A stretch of DNA of 64,000 nt, taken from Candidatus Poribacteria bacterium (GTDB taxonomy: Bacteria; Poribacteria; WGA-4E; WGA-3G). The notes below the pieces were generated by a model. It was not told the origin of the DNA and did no database searches. It saw nothing but the letters and a program-made list of their open reading frames with translations. Location of the stretch: the NCBI GenBank assembly GCA_965208245.1, contig OZ242325.1, positions 922,609 through 986,608 of the forward strand, read 5' to 3'. Position 1 is the stretch's first letter, and each line of letters begins with the position of its first letter. Made by a program: the position numbers and the translations under genes. Positions 1 through 10,291 of the stretch are shown piece by piece.

Positions 1-170
1 GGTGGACGCATAACTTAGCAGAGGGAGCGGGTGCTGCTTCGCTTGCTGCGGGTCATAAACTCTCTGATAGATTAGCTGGACAGAAAGTTGTGATGGTTAT
101 GACCGGTGCTAATATTGACAAAGATACGCTTCAAGCAGTATTTGTCTCACTTGATATACTAAACGAATGA
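1..170 (+). CDS. PLP-dependent threonine/serine dehydratase family, C-terminal fragment (partial at window edge)
   Basis: Manual translation from nt 3: WTHNLAEGAGAASLAAGHKLSDRLAGQKVVMVMTGANID...NE*, matching the E-G-A-G-A-A and T-G-x-N-I-D C-terminal motifs. Confidence 0.7.
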   Translation, partial: WTHNLAEGAGAASLAAGHKLSDRLAGQKVVMVMTGANIDKDTLQAVFVSLDILNE

Positions 171-187
171 CATAAGTGCAGAAATTA

Positions 188-919
188 TCACATACTAGGA
201 TCATACCAATTGTGAATAACATACACGGGTGCGGAATCTTCACTTAATTTGATCTGTACCCATTCAGCTCCCTGAATGAACTCGTTTCGTAAAGCATTAG
301 AGATGTCTGGATGGACATGGAACGTTGTTAAATCCCAGCGCAGATTTTGACTATTTTCAACGGTGACATCTGAATCTTCAGCAATTAGTGACACGCGTTG
401 CAGACCACTGTTTTTTCGTTCAATCCGTACTTCAGACAACACATAGTGAATTGTCTGCAACGGATCCCGAATTTCAGCAATGTAGTCTATGTTGTCAAAT
501 TTTGTAAGGGTGTAACCAAAACGTAGTAGTTTGAGATTTCCCAGGAAGTGATCTGTCTCATATTCATTATTACGAGGCAGACCACCATAAATAATAATGT
601 TATTGCTACGATAGGTATCTATTGCATATTCTACGGCTAACTGTCCATCAGTCATATCCTTATCCGTTTTACCTATCCACCTTTTAACAACCTTCCTTGC
701 ATTTATTAAGCAGTTAGCACCTGAGTCTAAGTCACCTATTAACACATCAGGTATAAAGTTAACTGAAAAATGTTTAATTAATTCGTCAAAAATGCGGATT
801 CCACCATCCGCACATAAGAGTGGGAAGCCGTCTCGTACTGCATTTTCGATCTCCTGACGGTAAAAGTCTAGTCTGTGTAAATTGTAATGTCCGTTAAGGA
901 ATATGAGTGCTGTGTCCAT
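188..919 (-). CDS. thiN: thiamine pyrophosphokinase
   Basis: Motifs CADGG, IGDLDS, DKDMTDGQLA, DHFLGN. Confidence 0.8.
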   Translation of the reverse strand: MDTALIFLNGHYNLHRLDFYRQEIENAVRDGFPLLCADGGIRIFDELIKHFSVNFIPDVLIGDLDSGANCLINARKVVKRWIGKTDKDMTDGQLAVEYAIDTYRSNNIIIYGGLPRNNEYETDHFLGNLKLLRFGYTLTKFDNIDYIAEIRDPLQTIHYVLSEVRIERKNSGLQRVSLIAEDSDVTVENSQNLRWDLTTFHVHPDISNALRNEFIQGAEWVQIKLSEDSAPVYVIHNWYDPSM

Positions 920-1853
920 AGATATTATAGGATGGAATTATCTGCTTTGGATGGTATGTGCGTTTCACACGTTTTAGATTCTCTAATCCTGAATCACTCA
1001 TCGTATTTATCCACTTATAAGAGTTTGATAACTCTCTACAAAACTCGCGAAAGATGAATTGAGAAACTCCTTTTATACGTAGATCAGATATTTCAAAAAG
1101 TATGCAAAAAGTTTCACTGTTCAACTTATAACCGAATGTATAAGCACACAACTTTTCATCGGTTTTTACTGTTCTGCCTACCAAACCTAATGTTTTTGCA
1201 AAAGCGATTCCTATTCTGTGTGCACTTTTGGAATCATCAAGCATGGCTTGATAGATTGGGTCATCGTATCTTCTTGTGCGGGTTTTCCTCCATTTGTCAT
1301 ACAATTCAATGCATGCGTCTTTATCCGTTGATTGATAGGGTCCATACTGTATTGATTTATTATCTCGTAGAAAGGTGTTATATGCATGTCTTTGTTGTTT
1401 ATATCTGTTCCCTTTCAGTTTACATAGATCCTGCGTCAAATAAGTGTATTCTGCCTCTTTTTGAATGTAGGTAAAGCCTTTGTCAATGAATGTATTCAGA
1501 CACTCTTCTGGTACATTTTCAATGCGTGCGATCTCAGGGTTTCTATTGGATTCCAGCATGAACTGATATGCTTTGAAAACAGTATTGACATAACTACGGC
1601 TTGCGATCCGACACGGCAAAGGTAGAATCGGCATAAAATAGTCGTCACCCTGCTTTGCAAAAATACATAGATATGAATTGAAATCATTCTTATTGTCATG
1701 TTCCTTTGTTTGATGAACTGTATAGTAGAAATCAAAGAAATCGCGCCAAATGAAATGGTTTGCAAAGGCGTAACTGGATAAAGATTGCGTTGATTGGAGA
1801 ATATATCGGCCAAATAGTGGTTTCTGGTCAAGTGTTAAGAGGTTTAAATGCAT
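894..1853 (-). CDS. DUF2156 / phosphatidylglycerol lysyltransferase-like (GNAT-fold) protein
   Basis: SYAFANHFIW, EYTYLTQDLCKLKGNRY, INTMSDSGLENLKRVKRTYHP signature. Confidence 0.75.
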   Translation of the reverse strand: MHLNLLTLDQKPLFGRYILQSTQSLSSYAFANHFIWRDFFDFYYTVHQTKEHDNKNDFNSYLCIFAKQGDDYFMPILPLPCRIASRSYVNTVFKAYQFMLESNRNPEIARIENVPEECLNTFIDKGFTYIQKEAEYTYLTQDLCKLKGNRYKQQRHAYNTFLRDNKSIQYGPYQSTDKDACIELYDKWRKTRTRRYDDPIYQAMLDDSKSAHRIGIAFAKTLGLVGRTVKTDEKLCAYTFGYKLNSETFCILFEISDLRIKGVSQFIFREFCRELSNSYKWINTMSDSGLENLKRVKRTYHPKQIIPSYNIYGHSTHIP

Positions 1854-2422
1854 GACTCATAACCATAACTAAGTGTATGGAGAACCTTTACTGTATCTTG
1901 AAACTCACCAATAAGACTCCAATTTTCTAGAATCTGTGAACTGACATCCTCTGATTCAACATAGTCTATTACGAGTCTCAAATGCTGTTGAAACGATTCA
2001 AGCTCATAATGCTCTTCACTATACGGACACAACATATCCACGCCTAATACGACACTGTTTCTGTCCTGACTGAACATGATTGTGAACGGATATAGGCGGC
2101 AATCAAGGGGACGAGACGCATATATTTTGCAGTGATGTGTTTCCGGTTCAAAGAAAGGACATATATAATAATTTTCATGTGGGATGAGTGCTATCTGATT
2201 ACTCTTACCATCTTCCTGATGTATGAATAGAGTCCTGTCTATGCCTTTAGATATCAAATGTCCAGTCTCATTTTCGGTAAAAATGGGGGTGAGCGGACTA
2301 TACTTATCCAAGAAACGACAGCATACATCACACGATAGACAGACTTCTGTGGGGATGATTTGGTAGAGTTGTTGGAGAGACATGGCGGATTCTCTTATAA
2401 CACGACATTCTGATATCATCAA
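1844..2422 (-). CDS. YkgJ family cysteine-cluster (Fe-S/Zn) protein
   Basis: CLSCDVCC...CPFF...CKIYASRPLDCRLYPF. Confidence 0.8.
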   Translation of the reverse strand: MMISECRVIRESAMSLQQLYQIIPTEVCLSCDVCCRFLDKYSPLTPIFTENETGHLISKGIDRTLFIHQEDGKSNQIALIPHENYYICPFFEPETHHCKIYASRPLDCRLYPFTIMFSQDRNSVVLGVDMLCPYSEEHYELESFQQHLRLVIDYVESEDVSSQILENWSLIGEFQDTVKVLHTLSYGYESCI

Positions 2423-2426
2423 GTAT

Positions 2427-3575
2427 TCATGCCAAGATACGTTTGATGGTATTAATCACAATATGAACATCTGATTCAGTTAAGGCTGGATGGAGTGGAA
2501 GACTCACGACTTTTTCAAAGACTTGTTCAGCACATGGAAAATCACCAATACTGTAACCGTATTGCTTCTGATAAAAATCAAATAGATGTAAAGGAACATA
2601 GTGAACACTACACTCTATGTTCTCATCGCGCAATGTTTCAACAAATAGGTCTCTGTCAACATTATCAAGTTGGATAATGTAAAGATGCCATGCATGTTTA
2701 GACAATTCATCAGGTGCAGCAGGGACATTGATTTGTGGTATTCTTGATAGTTCATCATTATATATCTGTATAATGTTCTGACGACGTTCATGCATTTTGT
2801 TGATTTTCATGAGTTGGCACAGACCCATCGCTGCTTGTATGTCAGTCATATTATATTTATAGCCTTCGGTGGTGATGTCGTAACGCCATATACTACGTTT
2901 TGATCGCCTTGACCAGGCATCTTTATCAATCCCGTGTAGCCGCATAGTTTGCAATGTTTCAGAGTAGGCATCGCTGTTTGTTGTTATCATGCCGCCTTCA
3001 GCAGTCGTGATATTCTTATTTGCATAGAAACTGAAAGCGGTTAGGTCGCCAAGTGTCCCAATGGATTGTCCCTTATATTCAGCGGGAATTGCATGTGCAG
3101 CATCATCAATGAGTAACAGATTATGTTTCTGACATATATGATGCAACGGTCCCATTTCACATGGAAGTCCGGCGATGTGGACCGGCATGAGTGCTTTCGT
3201 TTTCTGTGTTATTGCTTTCTCAATCCTATTGACATCAATATTTAAGGTTTCAGGATTGATGTCAACAAAAACCGGTTTTGCTCCGACATACCTGATAGTT
3301 TCTGCAGTTGCTGTGAAGGTATAAGGAGTTGTGATGACTTCATCATCTATTCCGATACCTGTAACTACAAGGCTCAGGTGTAGTGCTGCTGTACAAGAGC
3401 TGACTGCAATTGCATGTTTTACGCCGATGCGTTCAGCAAATGCTCGTTCAAATTCTCTGACTCTCGCTCCTGTGCTGATCCATTTTGAAGCGAGCACTTC
3501 ACAAACTGCTTCAATTTCTGTCTCGTCAATCCAGGGTCTACTAAAAGGTATAAACGGGTTTTGTTCCACAAACAA
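2427..3575 (-). CDS. DegT/DnrJ/EryC1/StrS sugar aminotransferase
   Basis: SSCTAALHL, DDAAHA, SFYANKNITTAEGG (PLP lysine), GYKYNMTDIQAA. Confidence 0.92.
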   Translation of the reverse strand: MFVEQNPFIPFSRPWIDETEIEAVCEVLASKWISTGARVREFERAFAERIGVKHAIAVSSCTAALHLSLVVTGIGIDDEVITTPYTFTATAETIRYVGAKPVFVDINPETLNIDVNRIEKAITQKTKALMPVHIAGLPCEMGPLHHICQKHNLLLIDDAAHAIPAEYKGQSIGTLGDLTAFSFYANKNITTAEGGMITTNSDAYSETLQTMRLHGIDKDAWSRRSKRSIWRYDITTEGYKYNMTDIQAAMGLCQLMKINKMHERRQNIIQIYNDELSRIPQINVPAAPDELSKHAWHLYIIQLDNVDRDLFVETLRDENIECSVHYVPLHLFDFYQKQYGYSIGDFPCAEQVFEKVVSLPLHPALTESDVHIVINTIKRILA

Positions 3576-3581
3576 TTCCCT

Positions 3582-4049
3582 TCAAACTATGTCTTTATGA
3601 TCAGTTAATTTGGGTCCAAGGATATGTATCATTGCTTCAAGAGCTAAGATATAACTATATACACCAAATCCACTTATTACGCCAGCGGCAACACTTGAGA
3701 CATAAGAGTAGTGTCGAAATTCTTCGCGTGCATATATGTTGGATAGGTGTATTTCAATTACGGGTAATCCGACAGTGGATAGTGCATCTCTTATTGCGAC
3801 ACTTGTGTGTGTATATGCTGCGGGATTTATCAATATACCGTCTGCCCAATCTATATGTTCACCGATAATAGACACTAGTTCACCTTCATGGTTTGACTGC
3901 AAAATCTTCAGTGTAACATCAAAGGGAGATGATGCTACAAATTGGTCCAGTGCAGTGTTGATGTCATTTAGGGTCTGATGTCCATAGATCTCAGGTTGCC
4001 GTTTACCTAAGAGATTTAGATTAGGTCCGTGTAGGACGAGGATGTTCAT
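3582..4049 (-). CDS. aroQ: type II 3-dehydroquinate dehydratase
   Basis: HGPNLNLLGKRQPEIYG, QSNHEG, INPAAYTHTS, EIHLSNIYAREEFR. Confidence 0.97.
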   Translation of the reverse strand: MNILVLHGPNLNLLGKRQPEIYGHQTLNDINTALDQFVASSPFDVTLKILQSNHEGELVSIIGEHIDWADGILINPAAYTHTSVAIRDALSTVGLPVIEIHLSNIYAREEFRHYSYVSSVAAGVISGFGVYSYILALEAMIHILGPKLTDHKDIV

Positions 4050-4065
4050 GCTTTATCCTTGTAGG

Positions 4066-4090
4066 CGGTACACGGCGTGTGCGTACTACT
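4066..4090 (-). repeat. REP-like palindrome (GTAG family)
   Basis: Reverse complement agtagtacgcacacgccgtgtaccg closely matches the tandem REP unit at 24581-24660. Confidence 0.65.
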
Positions 4091-4293
4091 ATTAAGTATG
4101 TTCTTATGATATGATGACTAATAAGAACGCTTTTACACTCGGTGTGTCAATTGCTGTGAGATGTAGTTCCATTTGTGTCATTTCAATATTATATCTTTTT
4201 TTTAGGAAACGTGTCAATCAGTTTTCATTATTTCCCAGGGTTCTTCAGGTTTACGAATTCTCAAGTTTTCGTATTAACTCAGAGTTTAGATTG

Positions 4294-4381
4294 TGGAGAA
4301 TTTAACTTTTACTTTTCAAAGGAGTTTAGGAACTCCTCACGTGAAGTTTGGTTAATCTTCTTTTATAGCCTTTTCTGTGGA
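4294..4381 (-). repeat. displaced degenerate copy of an internal smc segment (7001-7086)
   Basis: ~45 bp identical core cttttcaaaggagtttaggaactcctcacgtgaagtttggttaat plus similar flanks. Confidence 0.9.
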
Positions 4382-4638
4382 ATAGTAAAAGAATAAGTCT
4401 GTTATTGATTTGACCAAAATAGATGTGATATCCATGGTCCAAAGTGTAGACGCAATTCAAAAAACACCTCCACCCACAGATTGGCAATCTCCAAAATTGC
4501 CATCTTCAAGCCGTTTAAGTCGTCTTTCTACTCTGTTTCGCATGTTTCTATCTCGAAGGGATTTAAACCATTCAATGAAAGGTTGCTTGCCGTTTCGGGA
4601 ACGGTAGTATTGTATTTCTATAGAGTGTCCGTTTGCAT
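4382..4638 (-). pseudogene. RelE/ParE addiction-module killer (HI1419-like) toxin pseudogene
   Basis: Manual translation IEIQYYRSRNGKQPFIEWFKSLRD...RLEDGNFGDCQSVGGGVF/ELRLHFGP/GYHIYFGQ with several 1-nt insertions; 3' end replaced by the smc fragment. Confidence 0.8.
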
Positions 4639-4994
4639 TACCACTCGTTTTTTACCCGCCATGTAATGATAATATATATCCATTAATAAGCAATTATACC
4701 TGATTTTGTCTCAAAAATGCAAGGAGTATTGTAAGTGACAAGCGTAGAATGGCGTTGCAATCTTACCTTCATTCTGATTATACTATTCATTAACCAGATA
4801 TCAGCCAGCACTATCACATATTGAAGACGCTCTCTTTCTTCCCGACCATTGTAGGGATAAAAGAATAGGAGCAATACTATGAGTTTGGACATGTACTATT
4901 TTGGAATCTGCTTCAGAGAGTTGACATTTAGCGATTATATTTATAACATATCTAATGTATAAATTATAGGAAAGAAATTAGGAAGTGAACTACA

Positions 4995-6174
4995 ATGTCA
5001 CAAGAAAACGTTTTCTTAGAGAACATTCATATTAAAAACTTCTTGAGTCTACAGGATGTTACATTGCCATTCAAACCCTTAACAGTTCTTGTTGGGCCAA
5101 ATGCCAGCGGAAAATCGAATGTTTTGAAGGCATTGTCTCTTCTTAAAATGATGGTTCAGGAGAGATCGCCTTCAGAAAAAATGATCCAAGATACACTTTG
5201 GGCAGGCGGCGCAAATAAATTTGCTTTTGATTTACAGACAAAAGTAACAGAAAACCAAACCATATATAATTTGGAAATAGAAGCAAAACCCGGTTTTCCT
5301 TTCCAGGTAGAACAATTGTTGGTTAATGATGTATAAAGTAATTTCAATCCAGGGTGAACAAAGGGTCGTGCGGGATGAAAATAACAGACATGAGACAACA
5401 TATAACTCAAACAAACTTGCTTTGGGGTCAGCCGGAAATTATGGAGACAAACCCATTACTCGTGTTCTAGCGGAGTTTATAAAGGAGTGGCAATTTTATA
5501 ATTTTGACACAGACTTTATACGCATAAGTCTTACAGAATTCATGCCAGTTGATGACGAAATTGGCGAATTACCTAAACTAGACAGATATGGCAGGCATCT
5601 GCCGGAAGTTCTTTGGAACTGGCATAAGAATTCTTTAGAAAGTTTTCAAAACGTCAGTGATGCGCTTGCTGCGATTACGAATTTTGAAATAGATCAATGC
5701 ATGATTGATGGACAGTACAAACTATGTTTATTAGAAGGATACAGAAAACCTATTCCATTGCATAATGCATCTGATGGTACACTGCGTCTAGTCGCATATA
5801 ACATTTTACTCAATGAACCTGAATTGTCTCCGCTCATTGCTATTGAAGAACCAGAGCAGAATTTACACCCCGGTGCACTAACAGACATAGCAAATGTAAT
5901 TGAGCATATTGCACAATATTCACAGGTTATTGTTACAACCCATAGTTCACAACTACTTGGTGCGTTCAATCCAGAAAGTTTGGGAGATACACTCGGTGTT
6001 TTACTGTTACGCAACCGTCCGGGTTTTGGCACAGAGTTGCTTAATTTTGAAGATTACCGTGACGAAAGGGAAGCACTTAAAGGTTGGATTGACGATTTTG
6101 GAATTGGTAGTGCTATTTTTGATAGTGAACTCCTGCAGGATGTAGTGGAGGGGACAGCCGAATGCCAAGTATAA
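4995..6174 (+). pseudogene. AAA_21/ABC-type ATPase, split by a +1 frameshift near 5333
   Basis: ORF 4995-5336 has IKNFLSL and Walker A GPNASGKSN; ORF 5326-6174 has SDGTLR, IAIEEPEQNLHP and VTTHS; junction gatgta(t)aaagta. Confidence 0.85.
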
Positions 6175-6563
6175 GAATCTTGACTTTAGAGTCAAGTAGC
6201 GATGCAAAGGTAGTCAGGTGTCTGGCAAGTAAGTTAATGACATTTATGCAACTCACACCGATCACTATCTACACAGCTAGTGGACCTCAACCACAGCTCA
6301 GGAAGGTAATTCAGAATTACCTCAAACAGGACGACTATGTAATTATTGTCATTGATAATAACGGACAGATGACAAGATATAACAGATCACAACAATCGAA
6401 TTCACTCAAGAATCAGAGTCTGGCAATTGTCAATGATAGTGATTTTGCAGATAGAGTTTTTCTCGTAGAAGCAGTACAAGAACTTGAAGCGTGGTTGCTT
6501 ATAGATTGTAAAGATCAACGCAGAAACCTTGCAGCGCAACGATTCTCTCAAAAAACTCGGTGA
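6162..6563 (+). CDS. DUF4276-like (TOPRIM-related) partner of the AAA ATPase, probably C-terminally truncated
   Basis: ILTLESSSD start, VIID, AVQELEAWLLID motif; overlaps the ATPase stop. Confidence 0.6.
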   Translation: MPSIRILTLESSSDAKVVRCLASKLMTFMQLTPITIYTASGPQPQLRKVIQNYLKQDDYVIIVIDNNGQMTRYNRSQQSNSLKNQSLAIVNDSDFADRVFLVEAVQELEAWLLIDCKDQRRNLAAQRFSQKTR

Positions 6564-6594
6564 TATAATTGCACAATTTCAATAGAATCATCTT

Positions 6595-9500
6595 TTACCG
6601 GAACTTATGTGAGATAATCTTAGACATGCCCGCTTGTTCCATTGTCACACCATACATCACATCAGCTATTTCCACTGTTCGGTTGTTATGTGTGATAATT
6701 ACAAACTGTGTGTTGTCGGCATAAGCGTTGATTAGATTTGAGAAACGTAGGACATTCGCTTCGTCAAGGGCAGCATCGACTTCATCAAGGACACAGAAAG
6801 GACTCGGTTTCAATTTGAAGACAGCAAATAATAATCCGATAGCAACGAGTGATCGTTCTCCTCCAGAGAGTTGTGTGATACTCTGTGGACGTTTCCCGGG
6901 CGGTCGTGCAATAATGTCAATTCCTGATTCAAGTATATCGGATTCGTCTGTTAGCCTTAATTCTGTTTCTCCGCCGCCAAAGAGTTGTGTGAATACTTCT
7001 TGGAAATTAACTTTTACCTTTTCAAAGGAGTTTAGGAACTCCTCACGTGAAGTTTGGTTAATTTTCTTTATAGCCTTTTCTGTGGATTGGATAGACTGAA
7101 CAATGTCATCCCGTTGTTCTACTTGGAAGTCTAATCTCTTCTGATGGTCTTGATGTGCTTGTATAGCTTTGAGATTTACGGGTCCCATTGCGGCAATATC
7201 CGCTTTCAACTTCTCAATTTTGTCCATCAGGTCAATCTCATCAAGTTCCGATGTTGCAAGTGCGGAAGAGATACTTATTTCTTCTACATCTTGATCTTGT
7301 GTCTCCGGTATCTGTATTTGATCTATGGCGACCTGATATTTGTCAAGGATACGGTTTGTAATAGACTTAAGGTCCATCTCAAGCTGAGTTGTTCTTATTT
7401 CGAGTTTTCTCCTATCACGGTTCTGTTTTTCAAATTGACTTCGTGTTTTCCGCATCTCCTTTTGAAGAGATTCAATTTCTTGTAGTAGTGATTCACGTTT
7501 TTCTTTTAGAGTTTCTAATCTTGTTTCCGCTTCCGCGCGATCCCCTTCGATTTTTAGGAAGGCGCGTTGTGCTTCTTGTATTTCATCTGCAATTTCCTGT
7601 TTTTTCTGTTCATCAGAATCAATGATTGCTTGTTGTTCATCAATGATCTTTAGTACCTGCTGATGCTGTACATCAAAACCCTCAATTTCATTTGTCATAT
7701 TCTCAGATTTTTGCCGTTGTCCTGCTAAGAATATTTCTACATTTTGACATCTTTTGGTTAAGTCCTCAAGTTTCCGGTTATCACTTTCCATCTGTTCGGA
7801 GATTCTTTGCATCCATTTCTCTTTATGATTTCGTTTTTTTGTCAGTTCCTCAATTTCAGTATTAAGTGTTTCCTTTTCCTCACGTGTCAGTTTAAACTTC
7901 TGCTGAAGTTCAGTGTTCTGTTTTTCAAACCCATCAAGTTCATTTTGAAGTCGTGCTATGTTCTTATCCGCTTGTTCGATGTCTTTGGTGATACCGGTTT
8001 TCTCTATCTGTTTATCTTGTAATTCACTGACGAGTCTTTGTCTAACAATCTGAGAATCAGCAATAATGGAAGCGTAAGATTTGCTTTCTCTGTCCTTCTG
8101 CTTAACAATCTGCTGTAATTCACCGATTTTATCTTTAAGTCCATCCAGTTCGTTTGCTCGACTCAGCAGTCCAGTTTTCTTTCTGTTGTTATAACCTCCC
8201 GTGATGTCTCCTAAAGTATTTATGAGTTCGCCTTCTAATGTCACCAATCTAGCATTGTGTCGGAATCTTTTGGTAAGTGCAATTGCGTCATCAAGGTTTT
8301 CAATGACGAGTGTGTTTCCTAATAGGTGTAGTATAGCGATTTCATAAATGTGCTCGTAGTCGACTAATTCTTCTGCTATGCCGATGACACCAGGTTCATC
8401 AAGCAGTCGATCATCAGAGAATGTTCTACTTCTCAGTGTATCCAGGGGTAGAAACGTAACGATACCAGCACGGTTCTTTTTCAGATAGTCTATCCCTCTT
8501 CGGACATCCATTGCTGTTTCAGTGATAACATTCTGGATACGACTGCCGAGTGTGACCTCTATTGCGACTTCAAATTCATTATCAGTTTGAATTAGTTCTG
8601 CGACAACGCCGCATATTCCGCTAAATTGGTCTGGATAGTGTTCTTTTGCCTGCATAATTGCCCGGACACCAGCATAGTATCCTTCATAGGTAGCTTGGAG
8701 TTGTTCCAGCGATCTGTATAGTGATGTGTTGCTTCCGAGTTTTTCTTGGTATCCCCGCATTTCGGATTCAACTTTCCGGAGTGCATTTTCGGCTTCTTTT
8801 ATCTTCTCTTCAATCTTCTCCTTTTCAGTCTTAATGTGTATAATTTCTGCCTCTAACTTGGTTGCAGAACGTTGTACGATTTCTTTTTCATGAGTTGCTA
8901 TCTGTAATTCTGTCTTGAATTTCTGTGTTTTTTCCTGAAGTTGACTGAGGTTGTCCTGAGAGTTTTTGACGGTATCCTCAATAGAGGCACGTTTGTTCTC
9001 TCGTTTTGACAAATCTATCGTCATTTCCTGCATTTCAGTCTGTGCTTGTTGCATAGAGTGGTTAGTTTTATTGATGCTTGACTTTAAGTTTTCTAGGACC
9101 TGTTTCCGTGCAGATAAACGACTGTCCTCAATTTTTAATGAAGAGTCGAGTTTTTTCTGTTCTTGTATACGTTGGCGTTTAAGTGTTTGCAGGTCAGCGA
9201 GTTCAGTATTTCTTTCTTCAAGTGCCTGTTGTGCTCTTTCCCGTTGTTGCTTTAGATTCAGTTGTTTTTCTTTGTGAAGGAATATTTTCCGTTCAACAAC
9301 CTCATTTCTTTTTGCGATGTTTCTAATTTCTTCTTCTTCTGTAGTGATTTCAGTATCTAATTTCGATCTTTTCAAGGTGTCATTTTCGATTTTCTCGTCC
9401 GCTTCTTGCATAAGTTGATTTGCGTCTGACACTTCATTTTGCATAGCATCTAATTTCCTCTGCATTTCGTTGTAATCAGTTGCCAGTTTTGCGTAGTTAC

Positions 9501-10194
9501 GATATGCTAATCCCAATTCTAACTGCTTTAATTCATCCTTTAGCGTCTGATTGTGTTGTGCTTGTGCTGCCTGTTCTTTTAGCGATTCGTTTTCTCTTTC
9601 TAATTCTTGTATGACATCATTGATTCGCACGAGGTTCTGTTTAGTTGCTTCTAATTTGTGTAAAGCTGTTTTCCGATTGTGTTTATATTTAGTTATTCCA
9701 GCGACTTCATCAAATAGGAATCGTCTTTCTTCGGGTCGCACGTTGAGTATCACATCAATTTTGTTTTGTTCCATGACAGAATAGGCATCGACCCCTACAC
9801 CAGTATCCATGAAGAGTTCGCTTATATCACGGAGTCTACACGGTGTTTTATTTATCAGGTAACTGCTTTCTCCATCCCGTGTAAGTTGTCGTGAAACTTC
9901 TACTTCTGGGGTTTGAATTGATAGATTCTGTGATATATTCGTAAAAGCGAGTGTTACGCGTGCTCTTTGGGAGGGTTTGAAGTTTGCGCCTCCATTGAAT
10001 AGTAGGTCTCGCATGTTGGTACATCGAAGTGCACGGGCACTCTGTTCACCAAGTACCCAACGTATAGCATCAGAGACGTTACTTTTACCGCACCCATTCG
10101 GACCGACAATTGCAGTTATGCCCGGTTCCAATACTAATTCGACCTCTTCAGCAAAACTCTTGAATCCTCTGATTTTGATGCTTTTTAAATACAA
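6595..10194 (-). CDS. smc: chromosome segregation protein SMC
   Basis: GFKSFA, GPNGCGKSN, hinge TFLPL, LSGGE, LDEVDAALD; 1199 aa; TTG start with GGAGG RBS. Confidence 0.98.
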   Translation of the reverse strand: MYLKSIKIRGFKSFAEEVELVLEPGITAIVGPNGCGKSNVSDAIRWVLGEQSARALRCTNMRDLLFNGGANFKPSQRARVTLAFTNISQNLSIQTPEVEVSRQLTRDGESSYLINKTPCRLRDISELFMDTGVGVDAYSVMEQNKIDVILNVRPEERRFLFDEVAGITKYKHNRKTALHKLEATKQNLVRINDVIQELERENESLKEQAAQAQHNQTLKDELKQLELGLAYRNYAKLATDYNEMQRKLDAMQNEVSDANQLMQEADEKIENDTLKRSKLDTEITTEEEEIRNIAKRNEVVERKIFLHKEKQLNLKQQRERAQQALEERNTELADLQTLKRQRIQEQKKLDSSLKIEDSRLSARKQVLENLKSSINKTNHSMQQAQTEMQEMTIDLSKRENKRASIEDTVKNSQDNLSQLQEKTQKFKTELQIATHEKEIVQRSATKLEAEIIHIKTEKEKIEEKIKEAENALRKVESEMRGYQEKLGSNTSLYRSLEQLQATYEGYYAGVRAIMQAKEHYPDQFSGICGVVAELIQTDNEFEVAIEVTLGSRIQNVITETAMDVRRGIDYLKKNRAGIVTFLPLDTLRSRTFSDDRLLDEPGVIGIAEELVDYEHIYEIAILHLLGNTLVIENLDDAIALTKRFRHNARLVTLEGELINTLGDITGGYNNRKKTGLLSRANELDGLKDKIGELQQIVKQKDRESKSYASIIADSQIVRQRLVSELQDKQIEKTGITKDIEQADKNIARLQNELDGFEKQNTELQQKFKLTREEKETLNTEIEELTKKRNHKEKWMQRISEQMESDNRKLEDLTKRCQNVEIFLAGQRQKSENMTNEIEGFDVQHQQVLKIIDEQQAIIDSDEQKKQEIADEIQEAQRAFLKIEGDRAEAETRLETLKEKRESLLQEIESLQKEMRKTRSQFEKQNRDRRKLEIRTTQLEMDLKSITNRILDKYQVAIDQIQIPETQDQDVEEISISSALATSELDEIDLMDKIEKLKADIAAMGPVNLKAIQAHQDHQKRLDFQVEQRDDIVQSIQSTEKAIKKINQTSREEFLNSFEKVKVNFQEVFTQLFGGGETELRLTDESDILESGIDIIARPPGKRPQSITQLSGGERSLVAIGLLFAVFKLKPSPFCVLDEVDAALDEANVLRFSNLINAYADNTQFVIITHNNRTVEIADVMYGVTMEQAGMSKIISHKFR

Positions 10195-10291
10195 ATTTCA
10201 CCTCCAAGAAGACTATAGCAACTTATTGCTTATTCCCTTAACGGTATATTATCTTAGATTTAACTTACTATTTATTACGTAAATTGTGTGT

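Noticed and set aside
6728-10282. Numerous short ORFs antisense to smc (and similar shadows over atp, res and glnA)
   Set aside because: Opposite-strand or alternate-frame shadows of well-supported genes
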